Part shown: one piece after another, positions 44,130 through 56,100 of the stretch
How the letters are laid out: each line of letters begins with the position of its first letter
Numbering within the stretch: the first letter of the stretch is position 1
Assembly (NCBI GenBank): GCA_023213395.1
Contig: CM041465.1
Span: 242,489,741-242,553,740, forward strand
Direction of reading: 5' to 3'
Source: Cycas panzhihuaensis
Taxonomy: Eukaryota; Plantae; Cycadophyta
DNA: 64,000 nt
The notes under the pieces: model-generated
Told to the model about the DNA's origin: nothing
Database searches by the model: none
Seen by the model: only the letters and a program-made list of their open reading frames with translations
Translations under genes and position numbers: made by a program

Positions 44130-44523
44130 TAGCTATCTAAGATAAAATAACCTAAGAGTTAACTTCAGTGTGAAAGGATCATGGGATAAATAGGATGCTA
44201 ATAGAAGGTGAAAAGGACATTAACAATGAAGCTTAATGGTATAGGGTAAGGATCTATGGAGAGTGGATCTAATAAATACCAACCAACTGATAAATAATAA
44301 CTTAAGAATCCAAATAGATAATAATAGGACCATTATAGAACTAGAAAATCTTTAACGAAGCTACTATAATAGCTAAATACTCATCTTTATTATTGGTTTC
44401 TCTATGTAAAAATAAACTAGACGAGGAGAGGAGGTTCCCTGATTGATGATATATCACCCATGTAGTAGTACACGGTCCTCAGTTACCTCTACTTCCTCCA
44501 TCAATGAATAAACTTAATGCCAT
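44130..44523 (-). pseudogene. Stand-alone aRH of Tat-2 (not in the ORF track)
   Basis: Hand translation: MALSLFIDGGSRGN*GPCTTTWVIYHQSG...ETNNKDEYLAII...IIIYLDS*VIIYQLVGIY. Confidence 0.85.
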
Positions 44524-45605
44524 GGAAAAGAAAGGAACTGAATTTGGAGATGAAGTGATTAATTAAAGGAAGATATAGGTATTAATTATTGAGGAGTTGG
44601 TGCAAAATAATAGGAAGATAGTTTTTGTTGCAACGAGTAAAGGATAATATCATAACCAATATGATAATCTGATGATCAAAAGGTGTTAAATAAAGTTCAA
44701 TCACAACTAAGGCCATGATGAACCCAAGTAGCTAGACCCAAACATCCTGAATAACCCACCCAAATGAACCCAACCTATAGTAAATATAAGTGGGGATAAA
44801 GTCATCAAATGACTTGCCCTAGATTACAAGAGGATGGTAATCATAGTATTTTTCAAACTTTTCTTCCTCTTTTATTTCTTTCTCTCCTTTTTTAATATAT
44901 TCTTTGATTTTTTTTTTTTAACTTCTTTTCAATATTTACAAGAGAGAGTATTTGAGAATCATCTAATTATAACATTTCCCTTCTTAATACAGTAAGGATT
45001 ATTCCATTTTAACAAAACTAGAATGGGATAAGGGTAACCAAACTCCTCAAGGATTAAACCACGAGGAAATAATAGAAATATAGATCACGATGTCTCCAAT
45101 CATATAGAAAAAATGATAAAACAAATATTCACTTCAGCAGTGTAGATAAAGGAAACCAAGAATTAGCAAAGAAAATAAAAGAAAAAGTAGATGATATAGA
45201 ACAAAAAGTAGATGATATATGATCAAAAAGTAATTTCTAGGGTGAAAGAAAAGGAGTATAAAGTAGATCAATCAACTGGTATAATAATTAAAGCTGAAAA
45301 AATAGATCTTATATCATAAATAACTATCAAATATGAAACTAGGGACCAAAGTTCTCTTGTAAGTTTGAAGTTCAACAAAGAAAAGATAAGAGAGAATGAT
45401 AGAAAATGATTCCAACAACCAATGCCTATGCTAAGAGAAGATAGTAGTCTTATATGGTTATTATAATATCACTTGATAGAAGCAAGAGCAAGCCGAAGGA
45501 ACATAGAGATTATTTGAAGAAGGAGATTTTTGATAGTTTTAGCTCATTAGATAATATAGCTTTTTATAGTCATAGTTTATCCTCATTACAAAAAAAGACA
45601 TTATT

Positions 45606-46926
45606 TTAGACATAAAGTTTCCTTAAGTATTGAGAATTAATTGGCTTCTTAAACTCTAAGCCCTCTAATACTAAAATTTTATAGGCACCATGTTAAAATA
45701 TATGACCATACCACCTAATGTAAAGTGGGCCTCCTAGTTTTGTGCCTAATTATGTGGAGGAATAGTCTTAATTGTGGTGACATAATGGATGTATTTGTAA
45801 CTATATTTGGCACTTTAGATCTATAAATATAGATCAAATTCCATCCTTGTAAAATATCATTTTTTCATAATGTGAATATTATTCATTTGTGGGTTTTCAC
45901 CTATAAGGGTTTCTCATGGCAAGATGGTGTCCCGTGCAATCTGCTTTTGCTTGTTATCTACCTAATGTGAAAGATCTTGTTAACCTTGTTTGCTTCAGTT
46001 GCATTTTCTAACACACCATTCTCTAAGTATTTAATGATCAAGTAGGGACCAACCCATTTAGGAGAAAATTTGTGTTGTTTATCATGCAGATATTCTAACT
46101 TCAATACCTTGTTGTTAATACAAAATTTTCTAGGTCTAAGTTGTTTGTCATGGGTAGCTTGAATTCTAGCCTTAGAAGCTAAATTATTTTGTAATACCTT
46201 GAGATAAGTTTCATCTACTTTTTTAAGCTCTAAAAGGCATGCTTCCCTTTGAAACTCTTTATGTGTAAATTCTTTTAATAAAACACACAACAAAAGAATT
46301 TTAACTTCTAAATGGATAATTACTTTGACACCATAAACCAAAGAGAAAGGTGTCATATTGGTGGTGTTTCTAATAGAAATTTGATATACCCATAGTACTA
46401 GAAACAACTGAGTATACCAATCTTGATGTGAATTCATAATTGTCTTAGCTAAAGTTTTATTAAAGGCTTCTACTTGGCTATTAGCTTATGGATGATATAG
46501 GGTTGATAATCTATATGTGATATGAAATTTATCACAAAGTTCATTCACGTAAGGATTACAAAATAAGGATCCATTATCAGTAATAATAACATCAGTACCC
46601 TAAATCCATAAATAATATATTGAAAAATAAAAGTTGTAATTATCTTTCCTGTAGTTGAACCTAAGGGAAGAGCTTCACTTCATTTAGTAAAGTATTCCAT
46701 AGAAATGATAATAAACTTATGGCCCTTATATGAGGTAGAAAAGATTTCCCCAATAATGTCTAAACTCCATTGAGAAAAGGGCCAAGGAGAAGTAATGGAT
46801 TTTAATTCTTGGGTAGGTTTATGTATTGAAGTAACATGGGATTATCATTTTTACACTTTTGAATATAAGTGTAAGTATCTTTAAATAAGGCAAGCCAATA
46901 GTATCCCATACAAAGGATATGCTAAG
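45606..46926 (-). pseudogene. Tat-2 integrase (interrupted by a solo LTR)
   Basis: MGYYWL, PWPFSQWSLDIIG, TPFSLVYG, KFSPKWVGPY...ENG|AYKILVLEGLEFKKPINSQYLRKLYV*. Confidence 0.9.
45691..46013 (+). mobile_element. Solo LTR (323 bp)
   Basis: TGTTAAAA...TTCTAACA with a perfect TSD cacca/cacca and an internal CTATAAATA. Removing it restores the integrase frame. Confidence 0.92.
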
Positions 46927-49900
46927 AGTTGGAAATCAAACCTGCACAAGATAATATTCACAAATAGGAACAAAAACACCTCTATAGGATTAAATAGTAC
47001 CCTTAAGGTACCTCAAAGTGAATTAACAAAAACATCCTTACAATTGATACCTATATGATACACTATGTTGTGAATTTATATTACATGTCATAATAGTAAG
47101 AGTGGGACTCACTTGCATATGGGACAAAAATAAATATGCATTAATGTTCCAACACTCCCCCTTAATGCACATTTGGGTCATTTGTATTTGCAATGCCTTA
47201 TCTTTAGAAATGTTTTAAAGATGATGCCTTCAACTTAATCCTTATCTTCAATCTTGTAGTGATGTATTTGTTATAGAATGATGTATGTATCTTGATTTTT
47301 GTCTTCAATTCTATACTGATGCCTTTGTAAGATAATGTCCTCAGCTTGATTTCCATCTTCAATCCTGTAGTGATGGCATTGATATAGTAGCTCTAACAAG
47401 TGCAAATCCTGATTCTTCATTGTGGCTGCTCTAGTCCAATTTTGATGAAGATCTTGTAAGTAACCATCTTCAAACACAAATTGCTTATCATCATTATCTT
47501 GTATAAGTTCTTGATCACCATGTAGAAGAGTGATTTCTTCAACTATTGGAGCATAATCTTAATCAACTTGCATACTCTTTGAACTTGAATCAATGCTTAA
47601 AGAAGGAACATCATTTAGACTTGAATCAATATGAGACTCATCTTCTATAGAACCATTGGATTTATATTCAATTTCTCTTGAAATCATGGTGTCACCTAAA
47701 TAAACCTTTATCGATTCATCACTCTCAACATCTTCAGTGGTAGTTGTAGTCTCATCAATACTTTCAGTCATATGTTTAGTAGTAGTTTCATCAATATTCA
47801 AACATTCTTCATCTTGACATATTGTTTCATCAGTGATAATATTTTCTTCATTCATTTTACATGTAACCTAACCATCATTGATCTTATTTTTCCTTTCAAT
47901 CATTTATTGTATCTCTTCAAGAGTTTTATCAAATACATCCCTTAAAAAATCCTAAGCCTCCTTAGTAGTACTTGCATGTTGAATCTTAGGAATGACAAAA
48001 TGGTATGCAAAAGGAAGATTAGCCTCATCTAATATAGTAAGAATCATGATGAATATCTTTTTGTCTTTCTTCTCAAGCATTTGCTTTTCTTCTTCATCCT
48101 TAGGGATATCATACCCATCAATAACTAGTTTCCACAAACCTCTAGTTATGAAAAAATATCTCATTTTAATCATCCAAAAGAAATAGTTTTTTCCATTACA
48201 CTTAGGTATTAGAAGAAACAAATCCCTTAAGTAATATTCATTATTTTCATGAACATACATGACCACATCATTCTCCTCCATGAATGAAAGTGTATCTTCA
48301 AAAAATATCCCTTTTTTCAATAAAAAAGCTTACCTACATTGGTAATATGTCCATTAATCAATCTTAACAAACTCGTTCATGTCTTATATCTCTCACATCA
48401 AAAGCATCACCTTGTCCATTTCTCATATTGTCAAACAGTCACATATAATGAGTATCTGAAACATTTCCTCCACCATCAAATCAATGCCTCATAAATCTCA
48501 CAATGATCATACATACTGCATGTCACCATTAAACCACCAAGATACACATTTTACTCAATTACTTAAAACACAACTCATGCCATTACGTTACTAATTAATG
48601 AATAAACCATATTATATGCAATGATCTACACCACTCAATAAAGTTTGCAACTTAGGTATATTCAACAAAACTCATCCTTCTTAAACATTCCCAACAAATA
48701 TCTAATCTTATTATGTAACCTCACATGCAATAAGGGTTCACAATTTCCTTATATCACTAAGTCATCACCTCACCAACTCTCTTATGCAAACATATATAAG
48801 AGAATCAATAGTCACCTCTTTACCCAACTCACTCTCTTATGTATAACACGCGTAAGGCAACACCATGCCAATATCAAGTATCACCACCTCATCACCAAAA
48901 AGATGCAAAAATAGCACTCACATCACCATAGTACATCCATTTAAAACATACCCCTTTTATAGTGAAATACATCGCATACATGCCATGTCACTTCCTTCAT
49001 ACTTATCAAATAAATAATCACAATCAATAAAAGTCCATGATCAAAAGCTAAGAGAAAGCATTCACCTGATGATCAACACCACTACATCAATGCTATAATA
49101 GGCACTACATAATGAGTCACATAATCTTCAACATATCAAAGATGATAGAGTTGATCCCTTCTCACTTCGATGTGATACACATGATACACTTTCCTTGTGT
49201 GATGTCACAAACATTTCATGTTTTTAATGCATTACTCAATTGCTCCATGTCCTTAAGAGACAAAGGCCCACTCATCTCACCATCAATGCTCTCTCATGTA
49301 AATGTGTGTTAGAAGGGAAAATAGCTACCTCATATCACTCATATACCCAACACACCTTCTCATGCAACCATAATCTAAAACGCACAAGAGTATTACCTTA
49401 AATCACTAGATATACACATGCCAATAAAACTTAATTCGATTATACAATATTAATACATAGCAATTCCCACCTTAATAAATCACTTGGAATTACCAAGCTC
49501 GCTCTACCAAATGGTGAAGCATCGATGGTTCTAGCATAGAACTGATGATGTCGATGCAAGGCCAAATTCCATGATAATGAGGGAGAAATTAAAATCCTCT
49601 CAAATTTGGGTGATTATATAAACATGTGTATGCACGCCCTCCTTTTGTATATTTGAGTATGGAAAATAATTTTATGACTAATCGATTTGGGCTACATAAT
49701 AGTACTATGACCTAATAAAATACTATTACTATAAAAGTAACCCCCTGTGCTCCCAACAATCAGACTATATATTTCTATTACACCTAAACCACCCAACACC
49801 CTAAATACTTTATCCATCGAAACATTCTTCTTTTTGTGTAAGTAATACAGAGAGTAATAGATTACAAGCAACTATAGTATACGTGGAGATGGAAACAAAT

Positions 49901-50936
49901 AGATTTAATAATCCATGGCAAAATACATATATATAATGATGATGTAAATATATATATCAACTGTGAAATATATATCAGTAGCTAAACATTCACCACATGA
50001 ATAATAACATAGAGTCAAATATAATCCATATAGGGACAATTATCACATAGTAAATGTAGAACTTTTTGTAATGATTGAATCTCTTCAAAATAATATTAAA
50101 TGATCGAATTGATATTATCAATATGTAGTGACAAGGTTATCATATATGGGCAATTGAATTTATCATGTGACATATACATCTCACGATCAATTAAATATAT
50201 ACAATGTAATTTACTGGTGATTAAGTCAATATCATCTAGGTGAATGAAAATACCTTAAAATGTTTTGGAGATAAATATGATAATCTTCATTTGTTTCTCT
50301 CGCGGTGAGAAATTGGATCTGTATCTTTATTTTAATAGTCTTAGCTATGTTATTAAGATATATACATGTGCACATCATAATTGAATCCAACCTGATGAAC
50401 ATAGCTTTGAACTTAGCGATGGTAATCTCTTTGAGCTACATCATCTCCCACATCCTTATTTTGCATATCATGCATTCAATTCAAATGGAGTCTCAGTCTC
50501 TGTTCGTATATCTCTATGCGAACTCAGGTTCTATCATCTACATTTTGCCACATGTGATCACATAAGCACTTCAATGATGGCCCTGTAATAGATTAACTTT
50601 TCTAATATATGAGAAAACTTCACTTCACCTAGGTCTCCATGCACAGCACTGCAATAATCACATGATAGGATTTCCATGCATAACCTGGTCACTCTGATAC
50701 CATGTTGGAAATCAAACCTTCACAAGATAATATTCACAAATAGGAATAAAAACACCTCCACGGGATCGAACGGTACCCTTAAGGTACCTCAAATTAAATT
50801 AACAATATTCAAAACATCCTTATAATTGATACCCATATGATACACTATGTTGTTTATTTATATTACATGTCATGATAGTGAGAGTGGGACCCACTTGCAT
50901 GTGGGACAATAATAAATATACATTAATATTCCAACA
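46927..50936 (-). mobile_element. Non-autonomous Copia-type LTR element with gag only (TR-GAG-like), 4010 bp
   Basis: LTRs 46927-47154 and 50703-50936, TSD ctaag/ctaag, PBS TGGTATCAGAG (50692-50702, tRNA-iMet), PPT AGGGGGAG (47155-47162). No pol motifs seen. Confidence 0.9.
47559..48320 (-). pseudogene. Copia gag N-terminal domain with an acidic Thr/Ser-rich tail
   Basis: PKCNGKNYFFWMIKMRYFFITRGLWKLVIDGY...PKIQHASTTKEA (Copia gag N-terminus), then the acidic ORF 47559-47855. Confidence 0.8.
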
Positions 50937-53900
50937 CTAAGTAGTAAATTGGCCATCAAAGTGACCACTACATATTCCATCATGATATTCTATTAAGGTA
51001 GTTAGAGCTTGATCATGAAAGAGACATCTTAATAAAATCCTATGAAAGGAACATTTATAAAGTACATCATTGTGTAAAAGATATTATCAAGTAACAACTT
51101 GAATTCATCTTCTCTTCTTTGATGTAGATGAAGAAGTAAGGATTTAATCATATAGGTAGGATTTAGTCTCTCTATACCAAGGGCCATCTAAAGGAATAGC
51201 CTAAATATAGAGAATGTATTTGTCAGGAACTTGATTATTAATAGGTTTATTGTTAAGATATGATAAAGGAGCATCAGTCATGATCTCAGTTATAACCATT
51301 CCTTTCTTATATTTTTGATTAATAATATGGAAATCAAGCTCTTATAATAACAATGACTACTTACCTAAGTGCCCAATAAGATTTGCTCTAGTTAATAAAT
51401 ATCTAATAGGATTAGACTAAACAATAAAGAAGATTATATTATGAAGAAGATAATGGCATAGTTTCTTAGTAGCAAAAATCAAGGAAAGACATTCTTTCTC
51501 TATAGAAGGATAATAAAATTTGGCAACAATTAGTATTCTACTAATAAGGTAGATGGCCCATTCTATACCAAGATCATCTTCTTCTGATAACTTTCCTGCT
51601 AATAACTATTTCATAGAAGAAGTATACAAGATAAAAGTCTTGGTAAAGATTGGAGGAGCAAGGACAGGAGTTGTCACTAAAGCTTGCTTCAACTTGTCAA
51701 AATAGTCTTAAACTTGAGGGGTCCACTAAAGTGGAATATTTTTCTATAGGAGATTGGTAAGAGGTTTTGCATCTAACATAAAATTAGTAATAAAGCACCT
51801 AATAAATCCAAGTCTACCTAAAAAATATTTAATTTTATTTTTGGTTTTAGGAGGAGGTATTTTAATGATTACCCTCACTTTATCAGGATCAACCTTAATT
51901 CCATCATGAGAAATAATATTACCTAGCATTCTCCTAGAAGTAATTGCACAAATATATTTAAGGGGGTTTAAGCATAAATAATACTTATGACATCTTTTAA
52001 AGATTATTCTTAAATCATAAAGATGATCTTATTGTTGTCAAGAAAGAGCAAGCATATCATCAAGATATATGTCTATAATATTACTAATCAAGTCATGGAA
52101 AATAAAAAACATAACTCTTTAATATGTAGCTCTAGCATTTTTCAATCTAAAAGGCATAACTTTATGGATGTAGGTTCCCCAAGAGGTGGTGAAAGTCATT
52201 TTATGATGATCTTGGGTGTAATAGAGATTTGATTATAACTAGAGAAACCATCCATAAAAGACTTAACTTCAAAACCAATGGTTTGGTCCCATATATGATC
52301 TAGAAAAGGAAGAAGAAAGTTGTCTTTAGGGCAAGTATCATTAATGTCATAAAAGTTAATGCAAATTCAAATAGATCCATTCTTCATGGTAACTAGAACT
52401 ATATTTGAAACCTATTGAGAGTAATCAATACTTTCAATGAATCCAACTTTTAATAATTTCTCAATTTCTTGTTTGATTTCCAAAGAGAGGCGAAGGTGAA
52501 TAGGTCTTTATTTCTAATGTTTTGGATTTATGCTAGTAATAGTCATGATATTATGCATAATGATATTAGCATGGAGGCCTTGTATATTATTATAATCCCA
52601 AGAAAAAATTAAATGGAATTCATAGAAGAGATATTTAAACTGGTAGATCTCTTCATGATAATAATCAACTCCAACTTTGATAACTTTTGGAGTATCCCCT
52701 GACTCTAAATCAATATCAATGGTCTCTCCTATAAGCATGGCATTACCCTCTTCAAAATGGGGAGGAGTAGGTTCTACAAAAGAGGGAGATTCCTTATATT
52801 GAGGATGAGTGGAAAATAATGAATAGGAGTGTTATATTTTCAAAAAGACCTAGTCTATGATGGTAGGAAGGAATACTAGGGTTAGAACCAGTCAAATGCT
52901 CAAGGATTGCTTCATCATTCTCAAAATGATCTAGATGAAAGAGATCAACCAAAATGACATTCTTTATTAGGGTAGATGGATAAGATAATGACTTGACAAT
53001 CTAGGGATATTTAGGCAAAATATCTTAATGAGATAAAGAGAATTCAATGATAGAAAGAACTTGAGTAAATAGAATAAATCTATTAATAAACTCCCAAGTT
53101 GAGGTAAAAACCTATTTAAACTCTTCATGTTCAAGAGAATAACTAGGAGTTGATATGGTCATCTGAATAAGAGATGATGAAGAATCATTAATAAGATGAT
53201 AGGGAGGAAAATATCTTGATGAGATAAAGAGAATTCAATGATAGAAAGAACTTGAGTAAATAGAATAGATCTATCGATAAACTCCCAAGTTAAGGTAAAA
53301 ACCTATTTGAACTCTTCATGTTCAAGAGAATAACTAGGAGTTGATATGGTCATCTAAATAAGAGATGATGAAGAATCATTAATAGGATGATGGGGAGGAA
53401 AATATCTTGATGAGATAAAGAGAATTCAATGATAGAAAGAACTTGAGTAAATAGAATAGATCTATCAATAAACTCCCAAGTTAAGGTAAAAACCTATTTG
53501 AACTCTTCATGTTCAAGAGAATAACTGGGAGTCGATATGGTCATATAAATAAGAGATGATGAAGAATCGTTAATAAGATGATGGGGAGGAAAAGAGATAG
53601 TTAAAATCAAGTTAATCTCTTGAACTCTATTAGATGAAATTTGATTTGTTTGAGATGAAGTAGAAGGTGAAATAACTTCATCATTAGATGCCAAATCTAA
53701 ATGCCTATGTAATAATAGTTTATTTTCTTATTTATTAAGTTATGTAATGAAATGAGGAGATCAAAAAATATGAGTTGTCATAGATATAGATATATTATAT
53801 GAAGTTGAACCCTCTTATTTAAATGATGGAGTGATCTCATAAGGAGTTACAACACCTATAATTGGAGATAAACATAAGACCTATGAAAAATGACACATAC

Positions 53901-54750
53901 TCAAAATTGGAAGATCTAGATTAACTTGATGAACCACAAAAGATTCTTTACAAGACTAGTTAGAATATGATATGTCTTCTTTAAAACAAGAGGAAGACAA
54001 AGAGCTTGATTTAGAAGGAGTGATTTCAACCATATCTACATATTTTGCTTCTATCTGAGAAGGAAGAGTTTGAATAGTAAAGTATTGACCTAAATCGAAG
54101 GATTAAAAGAAGTACTCTAATGAATTGGAGGATTCACCAAGATCAACAATAATTTTAATGAGAGGAACTAATTTCTTGATTGGCTTAGGTTTATGCTTGA
54201 TAATTTTTAGCTCACCTTCATGAATGAACTAGAGTTCACCAAAAATGAAAGAACAAACAACAGCCATTTGGGTAATCTAAGGTCTAGTCAAAAGGATGTT
54301 ATACTCCAAATCAAGATCAATGATGGTAAGTTTAGTAAAGACCATTTTACCCTCCAAAGTAGGAGGAAGAGTGATTTAGGTAAGGGGAACCTTTTAGTTC
54401 TTATCATAACCTTAGTAAATCCACTCACAATGATCAAAAATTGAGATCTTTAATTCTTCAACAAGATGAAGAGAAATAACATTAATAGATGATCCTTCAT
54501 CAATGATGACACCTGATATTTATGTCATCCTTGATGATCTCACTATAAAATGGAGGAATATCATTACAAACATGATTAACTTGGCTAGGCAAAGTGGCTA
54601 GATCAAAATAGAGGGTAGAACCAAATATGTTAATAGGAATAGGAACTTTTAATGCATTAAACAAAAGTTGTCGATGCTGAGGGTTATATTTTAATAAATC
54701 CATAACAAATATACTAGCAAGAATAGTCTTTAACTCATTAACTAAGGAAA
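50937..54750 (-). pseudogene. Tat-2 protease-RT-RNase H remnant
   Basis: IDEGSSINV (about 54490), TCPKDNFL, MDGFSSYNQI, GIKVDPDKV, FLGRLGFIR. Confidence 0.9.
53017..53593. repeat. 191-bp tandem repeat x3 in the PR-RT linker
   Basis: TATCTT(A/G)ATGAGATAAAGAG at 53021, 53212 and 53403. Confidence 0.95.
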
Positions 54751-54936
54751 ATGATACATTATGTAGACTAGAAGGAATAAATCAAAACCTAATGGGATGA
54801 GGGGGTATAAGTGACAAAGGGTCAAGATTTTTAGTTATCAAATCATCAGGTGATTTAGATGAACTTATACTTTTTATAGTCTCCACCATGTTGATGGTTC
54901 TCTTGGTTTTACCACAATCAGAAAGTGGGTAAGTTT

Positions 54937-56100
54937 TGTTAGGTAATATGACAATAATGGTTAAGAGGCTAAAATTTTGAAAGGTTGGTAATGCAATTTC
55001 CCCCCTAAAACTTCCTTGGGGGGTTCCAAGGAGGGCGGGAGCCCCCCTTGGATAGGGGGGTGTGGGGGGTGTGGAATTCCCCCCACAAAGAGGGGGTTCA
55101 GGGGTGATAGCCCCTGACCCAAAAATTTAGTGCTGGAAAGTATATTAAATTGTAAATAGAATTAGGGTTGTTTGCTTAAAACACCCTAGATTCTACAATT
55201 GAGATTTGTGCCTTAGATGACCCTCTCATATAGCCTGATTTAGGGCATTTTCATTATGTTGATAGTGTTTAATGTATGATGAGGAGTTGGGCAGCTAGTT
55301 GTTGTTATTGTGAGCACTCTACTACATGATTATGTACATTTTTATCATTCTATAATAATAAAGATCGATAGCTTTCCTATGTGGATGTTTCCTTAGCATA
55401 CTATTAGGGTTTTACCACGTTATATCAGGTTTACATGTGATGCTTGGCTTTCTTGTTTATTTTATTGTTTTATCTCTAGTTTAAGAACTTGCATGTTAAA
55501 TTTTAGTTTTAATTCCTGTAACTAGTTCAAGAATAGTTTAGATCTTGGTGGTGGTTTAAGGGTTAGGACCTTATCTTCTCAATAAGTGGTATGAGAGCCG
55601 CTTTTATTTTTGAAGCGACTTTATGAAGGTTTTGGTGTTAGCTTCTTCTATACCAAATGGTGAAACTGGCAAGTGCAAAGTTTGAGGTGGATAAATTTAA
55701 TGGCAAGAATAACTTCAAGTTGTGGAAGTTGAAAGCGTATAATGTTCTTGTACAACAAGGCTTGTATAGAGCTCTTACAGGAGAAATGAAGAAACCTATA
55801 GGGATGGACAATGATGAATGGGATGATCTAGACAAAAAGGCTCTTAGCACAATACAATTGTGCTTGGCAGATGAAGTTCTATTTAACATGGCAGGGGAGT
55901 AAACAACAGTAGAATTATGGACCCAGTTGGAAGGCCTGTATATGACTAAATTAGTGACGAATCAAATCTACTTGATGAGGCAGTTATACTCATTACAGAT
56001 GAAGGAAGGTACAAAATTATTGACCATTTAAATATTTTCAATACTCTTATTTGTCAATTGGCTAGTATCAATGTCAAAATTAAGGATGAGGATAAGGTTT
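54937..56100 (+). mobile_element. 5' part of a Tnt1/Tork-like Copia (LTR 54937-55584, PBS 55587-55599, gag), interrupted by Tat-3
   Basis: The LTR is homologous to the solo LTR at 29188. PBS TGGTATGAGAGCC (tRNA-iMet). Confidence 0.9.
55657..56100 (+). pseudogene. Tnt1-like gag N-terminus
   Basis: KFEVDKFNGKNNFKLWK...LVQQGL...KALSTIQLCLADEVL...LEGLYMTK...KIKDEDK, cut at 56100. Confidence 0.9.

Noticed and set aside
45958-46013. C-terminus of ORF 45958-46437 (VLENATEANKVNKIFHIR)
   Set aside because: Read-through into the solo LTR; the true integrase end is at 45606-45690.
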